A stretch of DNA of 49,803 bases from an uncultured Isosphaeraceae bacterium (GTDB lineage Bacteria > Planctomycetota > Phycisphaerae > Phycisphaerales > SM1A02), in NCBI GenBank assembly GCA_964417845.1, contig CAYQJN010000003.1, positions 1-49,803 of the forward strand. The letters run 5' to 3'. The stretch's first letter is position 1, and every line of letters starts with the position of its first letter. A program made the position numbers and the translations under genes. Below the pieces are notes generated by a model. It made no database searches. It had not been told where the DNA came from and saw only the letters and a program-made list of their open reading frames with translations. Below are positions 27,377 to 36,273 of the stretch, piece by piece.

Positions 27377-28123
27377 TCAGCGGCGCCTGCGGCGGCCGGT
27401 CACGACACCGGCGATCGCAAGAAGCGAGAGGGCGGCTGGTGCTGGGATTTCGACCACGCCATCGAGCACCAGTGAGTTGCCTTCATCCGGGAAGGACACG
27501 GTCTGTGCGACGGACCACTGGTCTCCACCAAAGGTCACCAACTGAACGAGGACCTCGTTGAGGGGCCAGAGACCGAGATCAATCAATGTAAGCTGGGTGG
27601 TCTGTCCCGCCACCAGTTCGGTCAGCGCCATGGCTTCCCAGGACTGTCCCTGCTCCCACTGGAATGCGCCGCTTCCAATCATGTGATCCGGCCCAGAGGT
27701 CCCGACCTGCCAACTGCCTCCGGCGTCCAGATTGACGATGGATGTATCTGACTGCCCCGACCAGATCGCCTGGACGCCAAGGAGTGACAACGGGGGGAGA
27801 TCACCCTGCCATCCGTCGTCTCCATCAAACATGGAGATCAGCGACAGACCGCGAGCGGTCTCGGCGAGCATGATGTTCAGGAAACCCTCCGTCTCAACGC
27901 CATTGGCAATGAGGTCATCATTCAGTGTTTCGAGGTCGGCCTGCGTGATGGCATCGGCCGAGGCGAAGAGACCGGGCAGTCCGCCCGATGCGATGGTGAT
28001 GTCGCCGCCACCAATCTGCATCGTCATGTCTGTGGCCAGGGCGACACCGCATGTTGCCAGCAGGCCGACTCCGAATACGGTTGCCGTGTTCGCGCACATG
28101 GTGGTCGGTGGCTGAATCTTCAC
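27377..28123 (-). CDS. PEP-CTERM-anchored secreted protein, unknown function
   Basis: GTG start (GGAG upstream); an internal ATG at 28099 is also possible. Signal peptide ...TATVFGVGLLATCGVALA. C-terminus IPAPAALSLLAIAGVVTGRRRRR. Confidence 0.75.
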   Translation of the reverse strand: MKIQPPTTMCANTATVFGVGLLATCGVALATDMTMQIGGGDITIASGGLPGLFASADAITQADLETLNDDLIANGVETEGFLNIMLAETARGLSLISMFDGDDGWQGDLPPLSLLGVQAIWSGQSDTSIVNLDAGGSWQVGTSGPDHMIGSGAFQWEQGQSWEAMALTELVAGQTTQLTLIDLGLWPLNEVLVQLVTFGGDQWSVAQTVSFPDEGNSLVLDGVVEIPAPAALSLLAIAGVVTGRRRRR

Positions 28124-28346
28124 TCGCTCTCACTCCAGACCGCCCCATACGGTGCGGCACGCTTCCTGTCACACGGCCCCAAGACTCCTCCCGGAAGCCT
28201 CTGGCGGACGCTCGAAGCCGATTCACTGGCCTTGAGGAGATCCGCCGGGCCCCCCCACGGTAGCCGCGCCGAGGCGGCCCTCCAAGAGATTCATGCGACA
28301 TTTGGCACCGGAGGGGCCTCAAAAAGCGAAAAATCGGATGCAGGTT

Positions 28347-29807
28347 TCACAGAAGGGGGCTGAGAAGCCCCGCCGCGTTGTGCAGCAGTCGCTGGGAGGG
28401 GTGCAATCCCAGCCATCGAGCGGTGTCAACTGGGCCGGAGTCATTGAGATAGGACATCTGCAGGAACCTCAATCTCGCGACGAAATCGCGACTCCAGCCG
28501 AACACACAGACCTCAAAGTTGAGCTCCAGACTCCGGCGATCGAGGTTGGCAGACCCGATCATGAAGAGCCCGTCATCGACGGTCATGGTCTTGGCATGCA
28601 GGAGTCCGGCGTGGTACTCCTGGATCTCAACCCCTGCTCGAATCAGTCCCGCGTAGTGTGATCTGCTCGCCAGCGCGACCAGATGTGAGTCATTTCGGGC
28701 CGGCACGATGAGCGTCGTCCGAACGCCTCGCATGGCGGCGCATCGGAGTGCGGACTCGGTGGCGGCATCCGGGACGTAATACGGGGTCGTGAGGACGAGT
28801 TCGTCACGGGCCGCATGAAAGCAGGCCTGCAGAACATCCGTCAGCGCTTCGTTGTGGAAGTTGGGGCCGGTGCCGATGACCTGGCAGGATGCGTCTCCAC
28901 CTTCGATGGGGGGCTGGGCTGCCTGAAGCAGTTCCTCATGAACCTCTCCAGTGGCAACCTGCCAGTCTTCCAGGAAGAGCATCTGGAGATCGCGAATGGC
29001 GGGGCCCCGGAATCGAGCCATGCAGTCGACCCAGGGTGCGTACCGCGCCTTTGGTGCGAAGGCGGGCGACGCAATGTTTCGGCTGCCGACCCAACCAATG
29101 GTGTTGTCGATGACCGCAATCTTCCTGTGGTTCCGAAGATCCATTCGGGCGAAGAGCACGCGAATGATCCGAGCCGGAAGCATCTCCACAACCTGCACCC
29201 CGGACTCGGCGATGCGCTGCCGCAGCGCGGACTTCAAGAATCCTCGTGAACCCACAGAGTCCACTTGCAGACGAACGGTGACGCCACGCTGCGCTGCGCG
29301 GATCATCGCGTGTGCGACGCGCTGGCCGATCTCGTCGTCGAGGTAGATGTAGGTGAGCAGGTGAATGGTCTCAGATGCCGCGTCGAGATCTCGCTCAAAG
29401 TCGTCCGCGAACTCCTCAGGCGTTCGGGAGAGCTCAAGCAGGTTGCCGCCCGTGACATCCGTGTCGGCGACGGCTCCAGCGAGTGAGAAGACTCGGTCAT
29501 AGGGGGCCGGGACCTCGGCCTGAGAGGCGGCCAGAAGATCAGAGGAGTCACCCCGAAGCCCGCTGCAGAGATGATGGACACGCGCGTGCAGGCGACGACG
29601 TCGCCCCGCGATCCGGGGTGCGCCAAGCATGATGTAGGCCAGGGCTCCGACGAAGGGTGCCAGCACGATGAACACGATCCACGCGAGTCTGGCGTCACTC
29701 GATCCACGCGTCCGGAGCAGGAGAACCGCGACGAGCCAGATGATCAGCCCGATGTGGACCAGGAGCGTCAGTGTCGGCCATGCCCATGTCATCGATGCAT
29801 GGTCCAC
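28347..29807 (-). CDS. cls: Cardiolipin synthase (PLD superfamily, two HKD motifs)
   Basis: N-terminal TM helices (WPTLTLLVHIGLIIWLVAVLLL, IVFIVLAPFVGALAYIMLG). HKD1 is HRKIAVIDNTIGWVGSRNI and HKD2 is HAKTMTVDDGLFMIGSANLDRRS. GTG at 29807 or ATG at 29792. Confidence 0.92.
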   Translation of the reverse strand: MDHASMTWAWPTLTLLVHIGLIIWLVAVLLLRTRGSSDARLAWIVFIVLAPFVGALAYIMLGAPRIAGRRRRLHARVHHLCSGLRGDSSDLLAASQAEVPAPYDRVFSLAGAVADTDVTGGNLLELSRTPEEFADDFERDLDAASETIHLLTYIYLDDEIGQRVAHAMIRAAQRGVTVRLQVDSVGSRGFLKSALRQRIAESGVQVVEMLPARIIRVLFARMDLRNHRKIAVIDNTIGWVGSRNIASPAFAPKARYAPWVDCMARFRGPAIRDLQMLFLEDWQVATGEVHEELLQAAQPPIEGGDASCQVIGTGPNFHNEALTDVLQACFHAARDELVLTTPYYVPDAATESALRCAAMRGVRTTLIVPARNDSHLVALASRSHYAGLIRAGVEIQEYHAGLLHAKTMTVDDGLFMIGSANLDRRSLELNFEVCVFGWSRDFVARLRFLQMSYLNDSGPVDTARWLGLHPSQRLLHNAAGLLSPLL

Positions 29808-29828
29808 GCGTGGCGGGCCAACCGCAAG

Positions 29829-30680
29829 TCAGCGGTGGACGAAGTGGGAGGCTCGCGTGAGATCCAGAGGTCCGGGGAGATGCAGGTCGATTCGTCCATG
29901 GCCTCGGAATGCCTCCTCAAGCCGGACCAGTTTCCGGTCGGCAAGCGCTTCCAGCGGTGTCTCTTCGCCAGGAGGGGATCCCCACGTGATGCTGGCAGGC
30001 AGGCTGGTGACGATCACCAGGCCTCCTGTTCGATCAAATGACTGGAGATCAATGCTGCTGACCTGATGCGCCCAGTCTCGCTCGGTCAGCAACGCATGGA
30101 GTTGCAGCCCGGCGGCGACGTCATCGCCGGCCCAGGCCGCGGCGGGGCGGGAAGGCCGATTGTGGCGGGGGTTGATGAGTTGGATGATGTGCGTCTCATC
30201 AGCGAGTGTCGTTCCCTCCGGAAGCGTGCGTCCCCGAGCGTCCACGACCACCTCACCGTAGTCGTCGACCACCATGGCGACCGGGGAGAGAAACGTGGCG
30301 TCCACTTCGATAGCGCCGTCTCCGCACCGGCGGATGTGCCGCACAGCGTCGAACCATCCTGAGCGGGCCAGCGCGTCGTGCACTTCGACCAATTCGTCGC
30401 GGCCACCGGCTGGTCGAAACTGTCGCGCGGCGATTTCTGCAACATGCCGAAGCAGCGAGTCTCCCACCCAGGTCGGTGTAGAGGTGAATCGAACTTCCGT
30501 GGGAGGAGGGGCATCGACTGCCACCACACGGCGGAGTGCGGGCGCTGCGGCAGCAAGCACGATCACCGCGAGGAGCAGAACGGTCCACCCTCCTGCCTCT
30601 GACGCGGCCAGCGTTCCAAAGCGGTCCCGCAGCGTGGGCCCCGCGCTCTTTCCGGTCCGAGTTGTCTTTCGCTTTGCCAT
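29829..30680 (-). CDS. ftsQ: FtsQ/DivIB-like cell division protein (N-terminal TM, POTRA-like and beta domains)
   Basis: Sits immediately after ddl, as in dcw clusters. Basic N-terminus and TM segment GWTVLLLAVIVLAAAAPAL. Then WFDAVRHIRRCGDGAIEVDATFLSPVAMVVDDYGEVVVDARGRTLP, resembling the POTRA/FtsQ core. Confidence 0.65.
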   Translation of the reverse strand: MAKRKTTRTGKSAGPTLRDRFGTLAASEAGGWTVLLLAVIVLAAAAPALRRVVAVDAPPPTEVRFTSTPTWVGDSLLRHVAEIAARQFRPAGGRDELVEVHDALARSGWFDAVRHIRRCGDGAIEVDATFLSPVAMVVDDYGEVVVDARGRTLPEGTTLADETHIIQLINPRHNRPSRPAAAWAGDDVAAGLQLHALLTERDWAHQVSSIDLQSFDRTGGLVIVTSLPASITWGSPPGEETPLEALADRKLVRLEEAFRGHGRIDLHLPGPLDLTRASHFVHR

Positions 30681-30725
30681 GACACACCCTTCGGGTCGAA
30701 TGCTGACCGCGTATCTCCTTATCGG

Positions 30726-31625
30726 TCAGCAACGGCTGCGAGCAGCAGCGGTCTCCACTAGGCGGCTGCAGAGGGTGGTCATGTCGAGCCCTCGCGCTGC
30801 TGCAGCCATGGGGAAGAGGGAGTGGTCAGTGAACCCGGGCATGGTGTTCACTTCGAGCAGCCAGGGACGGTCGGCATCCAGAAGGAAGTCAACACGGGCC
30901 AGATCCCGGACCTCAAGCGCCTCGCACACCGCCTGCGTGTGTGACACCACCTCCGATCGAATGTGTGCCGGAAGGGGAGGGTCCGTCTCATAGGCCGTGT
31001 CTGATCGATCGTACTTGGCGGCGTAGTCGTACCAGCCATCGGAGGGTCGGATCTCGACGATGGGAAGAATCTCTCCGTCCAGCCAGCCGACGGTGAGTTC
31101 TCGGCCCACCACGAGTCGCTCGAGGAGCGCCTCGGGGCGATGGGAGAGAAGCGTCTGCGTGGCGGTCGCGACCTCGTCGCATGTGTGACACTTGCAGACA
31201 TCAACGCTCGAACCATCGTCATTCGGCTTGACCACCAGCGGTGGGGCGATCATGCGGTCCTCCGGTGCATGTACCAATTGCCAATCGGGTGTCGGGACTC
31301 CCAGCGTTCGCGCCAGGTGCTTGGTCTCCGACTTGTCCATGCACCGGGAGGCAGCGGCGGGGCCGGAACCGACATACGGCCGTCCGTCCTGCTCCAGAAT
31401 CTCCTGGAGCGGGCCACCCTCGCCCCATGGCCCATGGAGCATCGGAAAGATGACCTCGCCCGGAAGTGTGCTGAGCGCGGCGGGCTCGAGTCGGTCAATC
31501 TCAATCTGGTGTACATCAACGCCGTCGGCCTGCAACGCGGCCGCCACGCACTTTGCCGACGTGAGGCTTACCGCATACTCAGCGTCCGGTCCTCCGCAGA
31601 GCAGCAGTACGGAGGGGCGGCTCAT
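30726..31625 (-). CDS. ddl: D-alanine--D-alanine ligase
   Basis: VLLLCGGPDAEYAVSLTSA, FPMLHGPWGEGGPLQEILE, ATP-grasp core, ARVDFLLD...PWLLEVNTMPGFTDHSLFP. Confidence 0.92.
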   Translation of the reverse strand: MSRPSVLLLCGGPDAEYAVSLTSAKCVAAALQADGVDVHQIEIDRLEPAALSTLPGEVIFPMLHGPWGEGGPLQEILEQDGRPYVGSGPAAASRCMDKSETKHLARTLGVPTPDWQLVHAPEDRMIAPPLVVKPNDDGSSVDVCKCHTCDEVATATQTLLSHRPEALLERLVVGRELTVGWLDGEILPIVEIRPSDGWYDYAAKYDRSDTAYETDPPLPAHIRSEVVSHTQAVCEALEVRDLARVDFLLDADRPWLLEVNTMPGFTDHSLFPMAAAARGLDMTTLCSRLVETAAARSRC

Positions 31626-32560
31626 CGCTCGTGGCCCCGCTTCCAGATCACGACTTCTGGACTGAGCTCGACGCCATGGGCCTCTGCGACGATCGCTTGG
31701 ACGTGGTCAATGAGCGATCGGACATCGGTGGCGGTGGCACCAGGATCGGTCACGACAAAATTGGCGTGCTGCTCGCTGACGATGGCGCCTCCAATGCGCT
31801 TCCCCTTCAGACCCGCCTGATCAATGAGTGCGCCGGCAGACAGATGCCGACCGGTGCCATCTTCGGGAGGATTGCGGAACGCGCAACCGGCGCTATGGTC
31901 CGCCATGGGCTGGGCGGATCGTTTGTGCATCCAGATGTCTTTGATCCGGTTCGCCACCGTGACGGGATCCGTCTCTCGAAGTGAGAGAACGGCCTCGAGG
32001 ACAATGCCGGGAGGAAGGTCACTCTCGCGATATCGAAAGTCGAGTCCCTCAGCATCAAACTCGTTGACCTCGCCGTCGAGCGAGATGTGACGGATCGTGC
32101 GCAGGCAATCGCTCATCTGGCCCCAGGCACCTCCCGCGTTCATTCGAACCGCACCGCCGACTGTTCCCGGGATTCCCGCCATCATTTCAAAGCCGGTCAG
32201 GCCTCGACGTCTGGTGTCCTGCACGAGCCTGAAGAGATCGGCCCCAGCGGAGGCGATCGCTGCGGTGATCTCACCCGAGGCGGAGTACCGGACCATTCTG
32301 AACTGCTCGTGATCAAGTTTGATGACCACTCCATCGACTCCGGCGTCGTCCACCAGCAGATTGGCACCGCCGCCCAGGACACGGACAGGGACGTCCTGAG
32401 CCCGACATCGGCGGACCAGGGTGATCAGCGATACTTCGTCGTGGGGTGAGACCAGCAGGTCGGCCCGGCCTCCGACGCCGTACCAGGTCATCGCCCCAAT
32501 GGGCGCATCGAGTGTGATGTCCACGTTGAGGTCACCCAGGAGCGAAGCACGCGACGCCAT
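31622..32560 (-). CDS. murB: UDP-N-acetylenolpyruvoylglucosamine reductase
   Basis: YGVGGRADLLV, VLGGGANLLVDD, GIPGTVGGAVRMNAGG, AGCAFRNP, GGAIVSEQHANFVV. 4-nt overlap with ddl. Confidence 0.92.
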   Translation of the reverse strand: MASRASLLGDLNVDITLDAPIGAMTWYGVGGRADLLVSPHDEVSLITLVRRCRAQDVPVRVLGGGANLLVDDAGVDGVVIKLDHEQFRMVRYSASGEITAAIASAGADLFRLVQDTRRRGLTGFEMMAGIPGTVGGAVRMNAGGAWGQMSDCLRTIRHISLDGEVNEFDAEGLDFRYRESDLPPGIVLEAVLSLRETDPVTVANRIKDIWMHKRSAQPMADHSAGCAFRNPPEDGTGRHLSAGALIDQAGLKGKRIGGAIVSEQHANFVVTDPGATATDVRSLIDHVQAIVAEAHGVELSPEVVIWKRGHER

Positions 32561-34005
32561 CAGGAAGCGCCTGCCATGAAGTCTCGGCCGATCGTCCAGA
32601 CCGGGCCTGCACCCATGACGACCAGCAGATCGCCATCCACCAGATCACGATCGAGCGCCGCCACGATGTCGTCGAATGACGCTACGTGTTGTGCCGTCAC
32701 GCCCCTGGCTCGCAGGCGGTCGACGAGGTCTTCCGAGGAGACCTTCTTCCGCTCTGCCTCCGAATCGCGCACGAAGTAGATGTCCGGAACGATCACTTCG
32801 TCAGCCGTCTCGAGCGATGCCGCGAACTGATCAAGTAGAAACCTGGTTCGGGAATGTTGGTGGGGTTGAAAGACGCATATGAGTCGGTCCGGATGCTCGG
32901 CGGCCCTCAATGATCGGAGCGTTTTCTCAATCTCGGTCGGGTGATGTCCGTAATCGGAGTAGACCGTGACCTCGCCATCGGGCACGGGACGCTCGCCGAG
33001 TCTCTGCATGCGACGATCGAGACCTTCGAAGCGACCTGCGGCGTCCGCCGCGACATCCCACTCTGAACCGAGTTGATGGGCAAGGATGACCGCGGCCGCC
33101 GCATTGAGCGCGTTGTGCGCGCCAGGCATCGTGTTGGTCCATTGGGTGACCCACATCCCGTCCCGCAGAATGCCCACCCGCCGAACGGCGGCGTCCCACG
33201 CAACCTGATAGTCGGCCTCCGGGTGGAAGCCAAAGGTCTTGACATGGCATGCCAGCGGGGGAGTGATCCCGGTGCGACGGGCGCCGTCGTGGGCGATGAG
33301 GAGCGAGCCCCCTTCCTCCGCAGGCGGGACCAGCGCTGCGAACTCTGCGAAGGCTTCGACGATGGCGTCGAGGCTTCCATAGATATCCAGGTGATCTTCT
33401 TCGACGTTGTTGATGAGTGCCATCACGGGGCGGTGATGCAGAAAGGACCGATTGAACTCGCAGGCTTCCGTGACCAGAATCCCCGGCTCGCCTTCGTGGG
33501 GGCCGATGGGCACTGTGTGTGCGCCTTCCCGGGCGCCTCCACCGATCTGCTCACAGTGGGCGCCAATGATGTACCCGGGGTCGAGCCCGGCCTCGAGCAG
33601 AATCCAGGCGAGCATGGCGGCCGTGGTGCTCTTGCCGTGAGTGCCCGCGATGGCGATGCCAAGCCGGCCTGATTGCACCATGCCGAGCCCTTCCGCATAG
33701 GAGATGGCCGGCACGTTGTGCGTTCGAGCCCAGCGTCGATGGGGATGATCTTCGGGGATCGCCGCTGACAGGATGACCAATTCGGTGCCATCAGGAGGAT
33801 CCCGCTGGTCGGTCCAGACCTCGATGCCGTCCTGCCGCAGCCCCTGGATCAGATCACTTGGTGTGTCGTCTGCGCCGGAGACCTGCCAGCCACCGGCATG
33901 CAACATCCTCGAGAGCCCGCACATGCCGCATCCTCCGATCCCCACCATCCAGACGGCCGCACCGGGGCGGGGAATGCTGGCCGAAGGCGAGTAGGCGGGC
34001 GGCAT
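32560..34005 (-). CDS. murC: UDP-N-acetylmuramate--L-alanine ligase
   Basis: VWMVGIGGCGMCGLSRML, IAIAGTHGKSTTAAMLAWIL, Mur ligase middle and C-terminal domains (DYGHHPTEI). 1-nt overlap with murB. Confidence 0.92.
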   Translation of the reverse strand: MPPAYSPSASIPRPGAAVWMVGIGGCGMCGLSRMLHAGGWQVSGADDTPSDLIQGLRQDGIEVWTDQRDPPDGTELVILSAAIPEDHPHRRWARTHNVPAISYAEGLGMVQSGRLGIAIAGTHGKSTTAAMLAWILLEAGLDPGYIIGAHCEQIGGGAREGAHTVPIGPHEGEPGILVTEACEFNRSFLHHRPVMALINNVEEDHLDIYGSLDAIVEAFAEFAALVPPAEEGGSLLIAHDGARRTGITPPLACHVKTFGFHPEADYQVAWDAAVRRVGILRDGMWVTQWTNTMPGAHNALNAAAAVILAHQLGSEWDVAADAAGRFEGLDRRMQRLGERPVPDGEVTVYSDYGHHPTEIEKTLRSLRAAEHPDRLICVFQPHQHSRTRFLLDQFAASLETADEVIVPDIYFVRDSEAERKKVSSEDLVDRLRARGVTAQHVASFDDIVAALDRDLVDGDLLVVMGAGPVWTIGRDFMAGAS

Positions 34006-34053
34006 CCTCGAAGTCTAGGTATTCAGAGCGGTGGCGGCAGTATCCTGCCGAGG

Positions 34054-35436
34054 ATGAGTGAACGAGATCTGCATGATGTGGTGCATGCGCAGATTCTTCT
34101 GGTCGATGACGAGGAGGACCACGCCGATTCGATGGCCGAGGCGCTGCGGCGGCTCGGGCACGTCTGCACCATTGTGACCTCCGCTGCAGCCGCCGAGGAG
34201 GAATTGCGATACGGCAACTTCGATGTGGTCATCACGGACCTCTCAATGGAGACGGAAGACGCCGGTCTTCAGGTGCTCGCCCATGTCAAGGACCACCAGC
34301 CGGATGCCGAGGCCCTGATGGTGACGGCCCACGGGGACGTGGCGACGGCCAAGGCGGCCCTTCAGGGGGGTGCCTACGACTTCATCGAGAAGCCGCTCGA
34401 TCTGGATGTGTTTCGTAACCTCGTGCAACGCGCCGTCGAGACCGTGCGGCTTCGGAATGCCAACACCCGACTGCAGGGGCAGGTGGAGGCCGCATTCGGA
34501 TTCGAGGGGATCATCGGAGACTCGCCCGCGATTCGGAAGGTCATCTCGACGATCAGGCAGGTCGGTCCCAGCATGATCCCCGTGCTGATCACCGGTGAGT
34601 CGGGGACCGGCAAGGAACTCGTAGCGCAGGCGATCCACAATCAGTCAAAGCGAGCAGGGAAACGATACGTGACGTTCAACTGTGCCGGGCAGAGCGAAAG
34701 CCTCCTCGAGGACCAGCTGTTCGGACACTCCCGCGGCGCGTTCACAGGTGCCGACAAGGACCGAGAAGGCGTGTTCGAGTACGCCAATCGAGGGACGCTC
34801 TTCCTTGATGAGATCGGTGACATGCCGATCACGATGCAGGCCAAGTTGCTGCGAGTGCTCGAAAGTGGAGAGGTCGTGCGTCTCGGCATGAATGCGGCGC
34901 AGCATGTGGATGTTCGCTTTGTAAGCGCGACCAATCGTGATCTGAGATCACTCATCGAGGACGAGGGGTTTCGAGAGGACCTGTTCTTCCGGATCAATGG
35001 CGCGGAGATTCATCTGCCCCCGCTCCGGGAGCGGCGGGAGGACATCCCGATGCTCGTGACACATGCGGCAGGTCGGTACGCTGCCGAACTGGAACGGCCT
35101 GCGCCAAACGTGTCGGAGCCGGCCATGATGAGGTTGGTCTCGTACAACTGGCCGGGAAATGTTCGACAGCTCTTCAATGTCGTGCAGCGCATGATCGTGA
35201 TGTCAGAGGGGCCTGACCTCGATGTGGGCGACGTGCCTGATGACATTCGCCTGCACGAGGACGACGAACACCTGCATCTCGGGAGCCTGGCCGGAGTTGG
35301 ACTCGATCGACTGGAAAAGGAAGCCATTCGGCAGACGTTGCTCATGACCGGGTCGAACCGGGAGCAGGCCGCGGAGATACTGGGGATCGGTGAGCGAACC
35401 CTCTATCGGAAGCTCAAGGAGTACGGCCTCAAGTAG
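34054..35436 (+). CDS. Sigma-54-dependent response regulator (NtrC family: REC + AAA+ + Fis-type HTH)
   Basis: ORF trimmed to the ATG at 34054. REC domain (ILLVDDEEDH...VVITDLSM...MVTAHGD). AAA+ domain (VLITGESGTGKELVA, GAFTGA loop in SRGAFTGADKD, TLFLDEIGDM, RFVSATNRDL). C-terminal HTH (NREQAAEILGIGERTLYRKLKEYG). Confidence 0.92.
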   Translation: MSERDLHDVVHAQILLVDDEEDHADSMAEALRRLGHVCTIVTSAAAAEEELRYGNFDVVITDLSMETEDAGLQVLAHVKDHQPDAEALMVTAHGDVATAKAALQGGAYDFIEKPLDLDVFRNLVQRAVETVRLRNANTRLQGQVEAAFGFEGIIGDSPAIRKVISTIRQVGPSMIPVLITGESGTGKELVAQAIHNQSKRAGKRYVTFNCAGQSESLLEDQLFGHSRGAFTGADKDREGVFEYANRGTLFLDEIGDMPITMQAKLLRVLESGEVVRLGMNAAQHVDVRFVSATNRDLRSLIEDEGFREDLFFRINGAEIHLPPLRERREDIPMLVTHAAGRYAAELERPAPNVSEPAMMRLVSYNWPGNVRQLFNVVQRMIVMSEGPDLDVGDVPDDIRLHEDDEHLHLGSLAGVGLDRLEKEAIRQTLLMTGSNREQAAEILGIGERTLYRKLKEYGLK

Positions 35437-36199
35437 CGGCGTTGAAGATGACGCTCTTGCAGGTCAGACTGCCTTCCGCCTTGGCCAATTCCGTCGATGG
35501 GACCCGGAGCAGCCTGAAGCCACGGGCTTCGAGGCGACCGGCGGTATGGGGGAACTGGGTTGGAAACAACAGCACATCGTTGATGCAGACGGCGTTGCCT
35601 GCGAACGGCTCGTCCGGATGAACTTCAATGATGTCGAGCCCCGCAAACAGCGACACGTCAAGCCAGGCCGGATTCGCCAGCACCATGCCCTGGCCGATGT
35701 AGGTCGCCGCCGTCTTGAGGTGCAGGGCTCCGGGAACCGGGACGCCTTGCACGTCGTAGCCGTGCGGCGCGGCGATGGATCGCAACTGAGCGATTCCGTC
35801 GTCATTGGAACGGGTGGATTGCCCGACGTAGATAGTCTTGGCGGCCACCATGACATCACCGCCTTCAAGAGTTCCGGGGGCGGCAATGCGCTCGACCTGA
35901 CGATGCTGCTGCAACACCTCGGAGATGGAATCGACTTCTCCTCGCCTGGACGCGGCGCCCGGTCTGGTGAGGACCGCAACTTCGTTCAGCACCACCGCGA
36001 TGTCTTCCACGAAGACGGCGTCGGGATGATGGTGGAGCGGCTGCAACTCGACAATCGTGACCCCGAGCGACCTCAGCGCTTCCACGTACGCCTCGTGCTG
36101 GTGCCGGGCGGTGTCGTGGCAGATGGGCTCACGGGTCATGTGGGTCAGTTCGCAGTCCTGAATGGACTGGCTGACCGGTCGCGTGATGGCGATCAACAT
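35429..36199 (-). CDS. N(G),N(G)-dimethylarginine dimethylaminohydrolase (DDAH)-like amidinotransferase-fold enzyme
   Basis: MLIAITRPVSQSIQDCELTHMTREPI..ARHQHEAYVEAL, DAVFVED, HLKTA. C-terminal EGSLTCKSVIF carries the catalytic Cys. Confidence 0.8.
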   Translation of the reverse strand: MLIAITRPVSQSIQDCELTHMTREPICHDTARHQHEAYVEALRSLGVTIVELQPLHHHPDAVFVEDIAVVLNEVAVLTRPGAASRRGEVDSISEVLQQHRQVERIAAPGTLEGGDVMVAAKTIYVGQSTRSNDDGIAQLRSIAAPHGYDVQGVPVPGALHLKTAATYIGQGMVLANPAWLDVSLFAGLDIIEVHPDEPFAGNAVCINDVLLFPTQFPHTAGRLEARGFRLLRVPSTELAKAEGSLTCKSVIFNAAT

Positions 36200-36273
36200 G
36201 CGTCCATGGTAGTGACTGGTCCACTCCGGTTGCCTGGCCCCCCTCGTCCGGCGAGGTATGTCACAATCAGCAC

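Noticed and set aside
28303-28317. Sigma-54-like element TGGCAC-cggag-GGGC on the plus strand, given the presence of an EBP in the window.
   Set aside because: The -12 element (TTGC) is missing. It also points antisense into the 3' end of cls, with no plus-strand gene downstream. Other TGGCAC-like hits (near 18055 minus, near 43485 plus) are inside coding regions with wrong spacing.
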